A DNA stretch of 63,736 bases, filler included, from Octopus bimaculoides (lineage: Eukaryota), in NCBI RefSeq assembly GCF_001194135.2. It is 4 parts of 4 records of this genome, joined end to end, with 100 filler letters (N's around TTAATTAATTAA, not from the genome) between each part and the next. Parts side by side here need not be neighbours in the genome. Positions count along the whole stretch, not along the records: positions 40,611 to 59,722 come from NC_068985.1; positions 59,823 to 63,736 come from NC_068981.1; 2 more parts are not named here. One strand, given 5' to 3'. This document shows positions 52,906 through 63,736 of this stretch, piece after piece. The position numbers and the translations under genes are program-made. Under the pieces are notes generated by a model that saw only the letters and a list, made by a program, of their open reading frames with translations, was not told where the DNA came from and searched no databases. Position 1 is the stretch's first letter, and every line of letters starts with the position of its first letter.

Positions 52906-54156
52906 CAGGAGTTGGTCAAAATAATAGAAACACCTAGCATCATAGAATCATAATTTTGAAATATCTATAAAACCATCAAAAGCTTGTTTAGTTTTATGTT
53001 TTTTGATTCATTATTAGTGTTGCTTAATATGTTTTCCTAAAATTGCTGTTTCTTTTCAGATATCATCAGAAAAATGTAATTAAAATTCATTAAAATGACA
53101 GATCTATCGGACTTTCAAAGAGATCAAACTGTTGGTGCTTGTATGGCAGGCGCTAGTGCAACAAAAACAGCTGAAATGTTTGGTTTATCAAGAAGTACTG
53201 TCTCGAAAGTAATGACAGACTGTGTGAAAGAGGGAAAAACCTCCTCGTCGAAACAAAACTCCAGTAGAAAACCAAAACTTTCAGATGGGGACTGTCAGAC
53301 TCTTACGTACATTGTTAGAAAGGATCACAAAAGTACAGCTCCCAAAATTACTGCAGAGCTTAATGACCACCTCGAGAACACAGTTTCCACAAAGACTATT
53401 TGCCAGGAGCTGCACAAAGCCAGATTTCACGGGAGGGCTGCAATCAGAAAACCACTACTTTCAAAAACAGATGTTGCAAAGCATTTAGAGTGGTCCCTAG
53501 AGCAGTAGAAGAATCTTATTTTCTCGGACAAGTTATCCTTTACCATATGTCCGACCACTGGCTGAGTATATGTGTGGAGACAGCCAAAAGAAGCATTTGA
53601 CTTAGACAACCTTCTTCCAACTTTTAAACATGGAGGAGGATCTGTGATGACCTGGGGGGCTATATCTTGGAAATCCACTGGCCCAATGGTTTCCCTTCAT
53701 GGCAGAATTGATAGTCAAGACTATTTAAGCATTTTATCTGATCAAATTCATCCTATGTTTGCAGAACTGTTTCCAGAGGGAAACGCAATCTTTCAGGAGG
53801 ATAAGGCACCAATTCACACAGCAAAAGTTGTTATTGAATGGCATGAGGAACATTCTAGTGAAGTTGAACATCTTATCTGGGTACCACAGTCCCCAGATCT
53901 CAATATTATTGAACATTTATGATACATTTTAGAAAAACAAGTAAGGAGTTGATATCCTCCACCATCATCCCTACAAGAACTGGAGACTGTTTTAGCTGAA
54001 GAATGGACAGAAATTCCTTTGGAAACAATTCAAACTTTGTAAGAGTCCATAGCTCATAGAATTCAAGCTGTAATTACTGCCAAAGGCAGTCCTACTCCAT
54101 ATTAAAATAAATTTGTTTGAAATTTTAAGGTGTATCCATTAATATGTCCAACCCCT

Positions 54157-54157
<1 letters not shown>
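52906..54157 (+). mobile_element. Near full-length Tc1-family DNA transposon, DD36E (Incomer-like)
   Basis: 30-bp imperfect TIRs CAGGAGTTGGTCAAAATAATAGAAACACCT (52906-52935) and AGGTGTATCCATTAATATGTCCAACCCCTG (54128-54157), TA on both sides, 1252 bp, transposase pseudogene inside. Confidence 0.93.
53095..54105 (+). pseudogene. Tc1 transposase pseudogene (single frame, about 5 premature stops, short in-frame deletion)
   Basis: MTDLSDFQRDQTVGACMAGAS... HTH; FSDKLSF (D1), FQEDKAPIH (D2), SPDLNIIEHL (E); stops include TAG 53506, TGA 53563, TGA 53920. Confidence 0.9.
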
Positions 54158-54250
<93 letters not shown>

Positions 54251-55080
54251 ATATGTATATATATAAAACATATTGGCACAATTCACACAATTTACCAATA
54301 CACAAACAGATACACATAAAAATATACACACGTTAAAATATACATATTGCTGTTTATAAAATCATGGACAGGCATCATATACCATTTATACTCACCAGTG
54401 GGACATTTTCACAACACTTCCATACAAATACATTCATAAGCTCACGAACACGTAGATATACATACATGGCCACTTGCATATCTAAATACATATACAGACA
54501 CATTGCACAAACTCATACATTCACACACATACACACTCTCATATTCACATACATACACCCACATCAGCCAAGAAAAACATTTTCGACATTGAATTATAAA
54601 CTGAAAATGTGAGGAGGGAGAAGGTGGAGGAGGGAGGTGGGAGGAATAGGGATGACAGCAACAACAAACAAAAAAGCAACAAAATTAATGACAATAACAG
54701 CGGCACCAACCAATGACAATATCAACCTCATCGTTAACAACAATAGTAACAAAACTATCTAATATACCACCACCACCACCACCACCACCACCACCACCAN
54801 NNNNNNNNNNNNNNNNNNNNNNNNNNNNNNNNNNNNNNNNNNNNNNNNNNNNNNNNNNNNNNNNNNNNNNNNNNNNNNNNNNNNNNNNNNNNNNNNNNNN
54901 NNNNNNNNNNNNNNNNNNNNNNNNNNNNNNNNNNNNNNNNNNNNNNNNNNNNNNNNNNNNNNNNNNNNNNNNNNNNNNNNNNNNNNNNNNNNNNNNNNNN
55001 NNNNNNNNNNNNNNNNNNNNNNNNNNNNNNNNNNNNNNNNNNNNNNNNNNNNNNNNNNNNNNNNNNNNNNNNNNNNNNNN

Positions 55081-55140
<60 letters not shown>

Positions 55141-55839
55141 TCTCTGTATACAAATTACTGGTACTTTAACAGTGTCTTGTGTCAGTGTTATTCTGTACAT
55201 TGAAATACAACACTGTAACTACACCAGAAATATTTAAATGTAGCTCGTTGCCAAGAATGCATTAAAGATGCAAATCAACCAATCAGGTTTACTTATTCCC
55301 TTATTATTTGAGGTTTTATAGACTAAAGTGTTTTGTAATTAGGAAACAAGACAGGACCCTATTACCATGTTTGATCTGCAGGAGATCAGTTGGTAGGAAT
55401 TCCATATGACATGCAAAGTTTAATCTAGAAACCCACCATAGCTATAGTAAAATTGACCCCAACCATTTTACCTACGGACCTCTTTGCTTCTTAATTTACT
55501 CTGCTAGACCCTTAAAGCCATTCGATGCTTAAATACAATCCTATTATATTGTTATAGTTATGTTACTAGGAATTGTATAAAGAATTATTAAAATGTTTTG
55601 TGTATCCTAGAATTGTAATCAATTTATTGCACACAAATTTAAAGAACAAAATCTTATATGGGTCCCCAAGAGTCATACGGACTCCAGTTGAAACCATTGG
55701 TATTCTAGGATCACAGGCTGGTTTACAAAGTAATTCTCATATGTGGCAGATGTACAGGAACAGCCAATTGTAAGAGTATGGATTTTATTCAAAGGCTTTG
55801 AATGCTTTGTAGAAATAATGGTTTGTTTTTGCTACCTAG

Positions 55840-56130
55840 GGGGCCCAGTAATGGATTTTGAAAGCATTGGAGACAAAGTAAGAACAGAGTAAAAAAAAGG
55901 TGAGGAACTAAGAACACTGCTGGTAAAATAGAGTTTCTTAACAGAGTGTGAAAGGCAGACTGAGTAATAATTGTGTACAAATTGTAAGACATGAATCCTG
56001 AATGCAGAATGATCTGGAAATACTACAAACAAATGAAACATGTTCAACTGGATATGAAGAGAATCAGGCCGAGAGTGCAAGAAGCTGTGCTTCTACAGGA
56101 ATGTGATGAGTGTGGAGAAAACCGGTTGAA
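55840..56130 (+). mobile_element. Degenerate RTE LINE 3' coding end
   Basis: Frameshifted remnants SIGDKVRT... and ...NDLEILQ resembling RTE ORF ends. Confidence 0.5.
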
Positions 56131-57379
56131 TCATATAAACCTCTTTTCTTTACAGTGCTTTGTACAACTCACTTTTAGGCTTTTATATAGATATCGCATG
56201 AGACACTCACTTCTGAAGCATCATATTTTCTGCTGTCAAAAAATGTCCAACTCTTGTAAATATATGTTCAAAATTGGATTTTATTTCTATTACTTTTTTT
56301 TTTTGGTATTTACTCTGAAGAAACAACCTTGCACTAAAAGAAGCACACATGCACACACACACACACACACAGACATAGATATACATGCACACACACACAT
56401 ACACACACACAGACATAGATATACATAGACACACAAACACATACACACACAAAGATATAGACACACACATACATGCATATATAAAACTGTATGCATAAAT
56501 AATTATACATATATAAATCAGTCTGCGGAGTACTCAGCCATTTGTATGATAATGTTATGAACAAGCCGTTCCATTGGTCAAATCAACTGGAACACCAGTG
56601 GTAATTGATCAAGTGCCAGCTCGTTACATCAGTGGAGCCTTTCAATTTGAAAAGGTGCATCGGGCCAGTTGATCATATTAGGTACTTCCTGATTCCTAAG
56701 CGGTGGCTGGAGGGTCCTGGCTTGAGGATCTAATTCCCCTTAAAATACAACTGAAAAGGATATATACATATATTATGACATTATGTACAGAACAAATTAT
56801 ATTATATTCCTGTCTTCTAATTCGGTTGCAGTTATTGAAAGATGATGAGCATTGCATACAAACACGATAAACAAAGACACAGATGATCTTGCAAAGGAGC
56901 TTTCCATGGCTGCTCAATCTACTGCAAATGGTAGAGAAATCACCTTGGAATCAGTTTGCTCTTTTCAAGAGGAACTGCATTGAAACGACAAATGAGTAAT
57001 GGCTGGAATAGCAATTATGAACAAAATTTTGTTGTGTTTAGTCAAGTATTGATCAATACAGTCACCAACGTGGATATATTTATAACCCAATGAATATTTA
57101 ATATATTGTCACTATCACAGAAAAATGTAACAATATCATAGTGATTTTAACTCTTTGTTACATTTCATTTAAGACAATAGACATAACTTGCTTCTGGTCA
57201 TACCAACCTGAAAATGGTTATGCATGCTTTCACCTAATACATGATATTTAGGTTAAAAAAATCTAGTATATACATGTACATATAACCCATGCCAGCATGG
57301 ACAACAGGCGTTAGATGATAATGATGATGATGATGATGATGATATATATGTATGTTGTATACTTAGATATATGTGAGGA

Positions 57380-58030
57380 CAGCTGTGTGATGAAGAGCCA
57401 ATCTCTAACTGTGGAGGGAACCTGTGGCAGAGGTAGACCCAGGAAGACATGGGATGAGGTGGTGAAGCCTGATCTTCGAACTTTGGGCCTTACAGAGGCA
57501 ATGACTAGTGATCGAAACCATTGGTGATATTCTGTGCTTGAGAAGACTCATCAAGCCAAATGAAGTCGTAGTCATGGCCAATGCTGGTGCCATGTAACAG
57601 GCACCTGTGCCAGTGACATGTAAAAAGTACTTTTCGAGTGTTGGGCCTCATGGTGGCAAAGTGGCTGATGCTGGTGGCATGTGAAAAGCTCCTTTGGGGT
57701 GTTGGGCCTCACAGAGGCAATGACTAAGATCTTTAGCATTACGTTATGCTTGAGAAGAAGACCTATCAAGACAAGTCAAATCAGAGTTGTGGCAGATACT
57801 GGTGTCACGCAAGTGGCCCCTGTGCCAGTGACACATAAAAACACTCATTACACTCTTGGAGTGGTTGGTGTTAGGAAGGGCATCCAGCTGTAGAGACCAT
57901 GCCAAATCAGACTGGAACCGGGTGCAGCATTCCAGCTTGTCAGCTCTGGTCAAACCGTCCAACTCATGCCAGCATGGAAAGCGGACATTAAATGATGACA
58001 ACGATGATGATGATGATGACGACAATGCTA
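57380..58030 (+). mobile_element. RTE LINE 3' end with 3'UTR and (GAT)n tail
   Basis: VEGTCGRGRPRKTWDEVVKPDLRTLGLTEAMTSDRNHW, then ...ttaggaagggcatccagctgtag...ccatgccagcatggaaagcggacattaaatgatga. Confidence 0.88.
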
Positions 58031-58228
58031 AATGATGATGATGATGATGATGATACTTAGATAAGTTTCGGCTAGAATTGGCCCAGGACATGTTTTGACA
58101 AACAAACAACATCCTTGAATAGTTTAAAATCTATAATGCAATAAAACTAATGTTTTTAGCCAAAGATGTGTGATTTTGGTCAAGCGTAAAAAGTGAATAT
58201 ATATTATTTGTGTATCTATCTATCTATG

Positions 58229-58259
<31 letters not shown>

Positions 58260-59519
58260 CATCTATCTATCTATTTATCTATCTATATACATACATACAT
58301 ATATATATAACTTTTTACATTTCACCAGTCATACATGTTTGGCTAAAAACATTAGTTTTATTGCATTATAGATTTAAAATTATTCAAGGATGTTTGTATG
58401 TCAATAATTAAATTAGTGCCCAGCAAATAACTATTTATACAAATCAAACCAACTAATTTAGTTGCTATGAATAACTTAAAACTGTATAGCTCTCCCTGGC
58501 CAGAAGAGGGAGATGCATGACTACTGATGAAGAATCTAATGCTAGTGACATTCATTTTTACTAACAGAAGATATGATGACCATTTGATGGCTAAAAAATA
58601 TTAGGTTAACCCAAATGCATGTATATGATTATGAATATAAATATAACTATATTCAAATTCTTCTTAGAAAGAGGGGGGCTATTTTCTAACAATGACAATT
58701 TTGGGAGAAAGAAAACAAGAATAGTTAATAGATATCAAAGAAAAAAGGAACTAGTTTCAGGAAGCTGAATATTAATTTCACAGAAAATTGAATTTCTTTG
58801 TTTTGGGGAGTAAAATGTAATTTTTGTCACCAAGCAAAATGAAAGTAACAGGCATGTTTCAGATTTATCACACCTCATCAGTATTTTGTACTCCATAAGC
58901 TTGCTTTCACTAGTTGTTACAAGCATAAAAAACATATTTTGTGAAATATATTCTTAATTTTATCAAATTCTTCTCTTTTTCCTTTGAGAATCAACAACAG
59001 TTGCTACTACATTTTTTGAAATAAAAAAAGAAATCCTTTAAACAGTTTTTGTGGATTAATGCTGACTTCATTTGAGTTATTTCTCTGAGCACACTTGTTT
59101 ATAATTATTCAGGTTACATTAACCAAACATTTTCCTTCTACTTTTTCTGCTTAAGTAGAATATGATGTACCAAATGAATTGTTAAGAAAAAATTCCATTT
59201 CTATGTGAGACCTTATCTGATAATAAAAATCAGATTTTCTTTCTTATCGTTTGTGAAATAGATTTTTGATTTTTTGAAATTACCGATTTAAATAGATAAA
59301 CTGGTTTCTCTGTTTGTTCATGCCTCTCCTTTCTCATTCTTTATCAGGATATTCAGGATAGTCAGCTTAAAATAACAAATTTTACATATATAAGCACACA
59401 CAGACATGCCTGCACACACACACACACACACATGCACACACACACACATGAACACACACACACATGCACAGAGAGTCAAACATTTACATTATGGCTAGAG
59501 AATTAAATGATTCCTTTAC

Positions 59520-59722
59520 CATCATCATCATCATCATCATCATCGTTTAACGTCCGCTTTCCATGCTAGCATGGGTTGGACGATTTGACTGAGGACTGGT
59601 GAAACCGGATGGCAACACCAGGCTCCAGTCTGATTTGGCAGAGTTTCTACAGCTGGATGCCCTTCCTAACGCCAACCACTCAGAGAGTGTAGTGGGTGCT
59701 TTTACGTGTCACCCGCACGAAA
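59520..59722 (-). mobile_element. RTE 3'UTR/tail, near-identical to 41535-41814, cut by scaffold gap
   Basis: Only a handful of substitutions versus the 41.5-kb copy over ~180 bp. Confidence 0.85.
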
Positions 59723-59822
59723 NNNNNNNNNNNNNNNNNNNNNNNNNNNNNNNNNNNNNNNNNNNNTTAATTAATTAANNNNNNNNNNNNNNNNNNNNNN
59801 NNNNNNNNNNNNNNNNNNNNNN
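59723..59822. other. Artificial scaffold join: 44 N + TTAATTAATTAA + 44 N
   Basis: Same structure. Confidence 0.92.
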
Positions 59823-59859
59823 TATATATATATATATATATATATATGCATATATAAGT

Positions 59860-60170
59860 GAAGGCGCATGGCTTAGTGGTTAGAGCGTCGATCTTGAGGT
59901 TGTGAGTTCGATTCCCGGACCGGGCTGCGTGTTGTGTTCTTGAGCAAAACACTTTATTTCTCGTTGCTCCAGTTAACGCAGCTGTAGGAATTAGTTGCGA
60001 CATTACTTGTACCAAGTTGTGTCGTCCTTTACCTTTTCCTTGGATAACATCAGTGGTGTGGAGACTGCTGGCCTTCCTTAAACAACCTTGCCTGGACTTG
60101 TACTTGGGAGGGTAACTTTCTAGGTGCAATCTCATGGTTATTCATGACCGAAGGGGGTCTTCTACTCCAT
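59860..60170 (+). mobile_element. SINE family B, near full length
   Basis: ggcgcatggcttagtggttagagcg (A box), gagttcgattccc (B box), ttgtgttcttgagcaaaacactt. Confidence 0.85.
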
Positions 60171-60736
60171 ATAAGTATAAGGTGTATTGTCAGCAGTTAT
60201 ATAACACAGTCCTATATAAAGTCAACAAACAATTAAAGATGGAGAAAAGATGTTAAAAGTTTGATAACATTTTAATCCATGCATACGATCGTTTCGAATG
60301 GTAACAGCAAAATGTAGGAAACATGGAAGCGATTAAATTAATTTAATTATATATTACCATTCTCGTCTATGCAAAAAGTGAAGGAAACATCAGAAAAGTC
60401 GTAACAAAAGAAGAAATATTTTGTTACAGGAAACTCTATTGGATATTGTTGGATAAGTCATTCGGATATTAATAAAAACAATGTGAAAGATGAAATATAA
60501 ATTATAATAACATGGTTATGTTGTATTGAGTCTAGTTGTGTAAGGACTAAATCTGGTTTGACTAACAGATATTTAGAAATATAAGTATGAAAAGTTAAAG
60601 AAGCATTCTCTCTATATGGGTACAGGTAAAATTGTGAAACACATACCATATAAGTATATATCATAAAGAATAAATTATATTAATTAAATATCTATATACA
60701 CGCAGATATAGTCAAATAAATATACACACAAAACGG

Positions 60737-60771
<35 letters not shown>

Positions 60772-61658
60772 NNNNNNNNNNNNNNNNNNNNNNNNNNNNN
60801 NNNNNNNNNNNNNNNNNNNNNNNNNNNNNNNNNNNNNNNNNNNNNNNNNNNNNNNNNNNNNNNNNNNNNNNNNNNNNNNNNNNNNNNNNNNNNNNNNNNN
60901 NNNNNNNNNNNNNNNNNNNNNNNNNNNNNNNNNNNNNNNNNNNNNNNNNNNNNNNNNNNNNNNNNNNNNNNNNNNNNNNNNNNNNNNNNNNNNNNNNNNN
61001 NNNNNNNNNNNNNNNNNNNNNNNNNNNNNNNNNNNNNNNNNNNNNNNNNNNNNNNNNNNNNNNNNNNNNNNNNNNNNNNNNNNNNNNNNNNNNNNNNNNN
61101 NNNNNNNNNNNNNNNNNNNNNNNNNNNNNNNNNNNNNNNNNNNNNNNNNNNNNNNNNNNNNNNNNNNNNNNNNNNNNNNNNNNNNNNATATATATATATA
61201 TATATATATACATATATATACACATACATATACGCATATCCACATAAACATACACACAGACATATGCACATATACATGCATACATGTATATATATGTGTA
61301 TGTATATATATATATATATATATATACACACAATCGTATACATATATGTATACATATAAAGAATAAGCGTCCAGTGGGACATCATAGTTATATTTATATG
61401 TTGATTGACAGTTATGAGTGGTGTACAATAAAAAAATATATTTGGAATAAAAAATGGTTAAAGCTTTAAAAATAGTTTACTACAGGAAAAATACCTAGGA
61501 TAGGAAGTGTGGATAGATTAGATATATTTATATAAGTAGAGAGAAGGAAATTTATATAACAGAAAGTAATATAACAGTGAAATAATGCTAATAAAATGGT
61601 TAGATAGTGTTATATTCGATCGTAAGAGAGAGGAAAAGTTGTTAATATTACAGAATTT

Positions 61659-61691
<33 letters not shown>

Positions 61692-62251
61692 AAAAAAGAT
61701 ACTTGCAGTTGTTTATATATAGAAAAAAATAAGTTATGGTGAGAAAAAAAATTATTTAAAATACATAGATTAGAGAATTAGTGGGTGGTGGGGAGATAAT
61801 GCTAAGTAGATTTTTCATGAAAAATATTTCCTATGGTATGTACGAACTATAAATGTAAAAAAAAAAACTCAGCTATTGTATGTTAAAATACAAAGAATAA
61901 AGAATCCGGATATGGACAAAAGAGAGGTATGTATGTATGTATATATATATATATATATATNNNNNNNNNNNNNNNNNNNNNNNNNNNNNNNNNNNNNNNN
62001 NNNNNNNNNNNNNNNNNNNNNNNNNNNNNNNNNNNNNNNNNNNNNNNNNNNNNNNNNNNNNNNNNNNNNNNNNNNNNNNNNNNNNNNNNNNNNNNNNNNN
62101 NNNNNNNNNNNNNNNNNNNNNNNNNNNNNNNNNNNNNNNNNNNNNNNNNNNNNNNNNNNNNNNNNNNNNNNNNNNNNNNNNNNNNNNNNNNNNNNNNNNN
62201 NNNNNNNNNNNNNNNNNNNNNNNNNNNNNNNNNNNNNNNNNNNNNNNNNNN

Positions 62252-62460
62252 CGGGGACGTAAACACACCACCATCGGTTGTCGAGCGATGTTGGGGGGAC
62301 AAACGCAGACACACAAACACACACACACATACATATACATATATATACATATATACGACGGTCTTCTTCAGTTTCCGTCTACCAAATCCACTCACAAGGC
62401 TTTGATCCGCTCGAGGCTATAGTAGAAGATACTTGCCCAAGGTGCCACGCAGTGGGACTG
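62252..62460 (-). mobile_element. Composite SINE (family C) with internal TA/TG microsatellite
   Basis: cagtcccactgcgtggcaccttgggcaagt...ggatttggtagacggaaactgaa...(TA/TG)n...gtccccccaacatcgctcgacaaccgatg...tttacgtccccg. Confidence 0.8.
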
Positions 62461-62921
62461 GCCTGGCTTATTGAAAAATCTGAAGATTCAGAAAAATTAT
62501 ATTATATAAATATAAGAGGGATGACATCTATTATGCTAGAAGACCACCTATGGTCTGACCACTAAGAAAAGATTGTTCTCAAGAAAATTCAGTAACGTGG
62601 TAATGAAATTGGATGTGATTGAAAAAGTGCATTTTATTTGGGTGATTCGTGCAGAATTAATTCAAAAGTTTAAATCTTGAATATAATATAAGAGTTATTA
62701 TTTAAGATGTGTGTATGCATCTATATATACTGTTGCAATTTTTAAAAAAATGCAGGAGAAAAATACGAAGAAAAACTAAGAGAAAATATGAGGAAATATA
62801 AAAAGGATAACTGCAAATATTTATACACTTACATATACATACGCATACATATATTCATACCTACTCTCTCGTATAAATACATATATAACATATATATATA
62901 CATATACGTCAATATATATAA

Positions 62922-63023
<102 letters not shown>

Positions 63024-63039
63024 GTATGTGTGTGTTTTT

Positions 63040-63550
63040 GCGTCTGTTTGTTCTCCCTCACCATTTGAAAAACCGGTGTTGTTGTGTTTACGTCCCCGTT
63101 ACTTAGCGGTTTAGTAAAAAGAACGATATTTTCGACTAAAGCCATTAAGGCGGTGCTCCAATATGGCAGCAATCCAATGACTCAAAAAAGTAAAAGAATA
63201 TATTAATGTTTGTTTTTATGTTTAGTTACCATGGATACAATATTACATTAATCTGATGGCTTACACTATACTATTGTAGAGTATAAATTCTGAAACAAGA
63301 ACATTGATAGTGACTAAACTATCTTCGGAATATATATTTATATATATCTTTATCTTTATCTTTTACTGCGGCCATGCTGGGGCATCATTTGGAGAATTTT
63401 TAGTCGAATGTATCGACCCAAGTACTTACTTTTTATAAGTCTGGTACTTTTTCAACACGTCTTTTTTGCCGAAATGCTGATTTATGGGGACGTAAACACA
63501 CTAACACTGGTTGTCAAGCATTGGCGGGGAGATGAATACAGACACAAAGA
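63040..63550. mobile_element. Two convergent 3' halves of SINE family C (+63040-63200, -63350-63550)
   Basis: gtttacgtccccg..acttagcgg...aggcggtgctcca and its reverse complement gcggccatgctgg...ggggacgtaaacac. Confidence 0.75.
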
Positions 63551-63661
63551 AATTGATATATATATATATATATATATATACAATTAAACCATGGGAGAGG
63601 CATTATGCCGGTAATAAACACACGCACTGGTTCAGTCCTTTATTAATCTATATAGTTTTTT

Positions 63662-63702
63662 GTTAAATTATTTCATTGCACTCTTGCAATCTCTTCAGTA
63701 AC
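63662..63702 (-). ncRNA. Variant/degenerate hammerhead-like motif
   Basis: Minus strand GTTA-CTGAAGA-G-ATTGC AAGAGT GCAAT-GAAA TAATT-TAAC, AATAAA shortly downstream. Confidence 0.45.
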
Positions 63703-63736
63703 TTGTCTCTCCACTTCCATTTATTTTGAATGTATG

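Overview
AT-rich, microsatellite-dense, gapped animal genomic DNA; the SINE/LINE families point to an octopod cephalopod (Octopus-like; inference from recalled repeat families). The only host protein-coding sequence I can support is the terminal exon of an Hmx/NK5 homeobox gene (minus strand, 15612-14939); its first coding exon was not found. The rest is non-coding: candidate cis-regulatory modules around Hmx (notably five Otx/K50-type TAATCC sites in 213 bp), four Tc1/mariner-superfamily groups (DD36E, DD34D, DD37D, DD41D-like), RTE, RLE-type, Penelope-like, gypsy and other LINE remnants, and many SINEs. Three 44N-TTAATTAATTAA-44N scaffolding linkers split the window into four blocks; the block 40611-59722 looks CpG-poor by eye and has a different TE content. 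Features not visible in the ORF track include a set of minimal type I hammerhead ribozyme motifs (best at 33199-33265 and 7094-7138) and a same-strand pile-up of RLE-retrotransposon 3' ends in (CA)n/(CATA)n microsatellites. Almost all ORFs in the supplied track are microsatellite or N-gap artefacts. TE boundaries are approximate unless TIRs are quoted.
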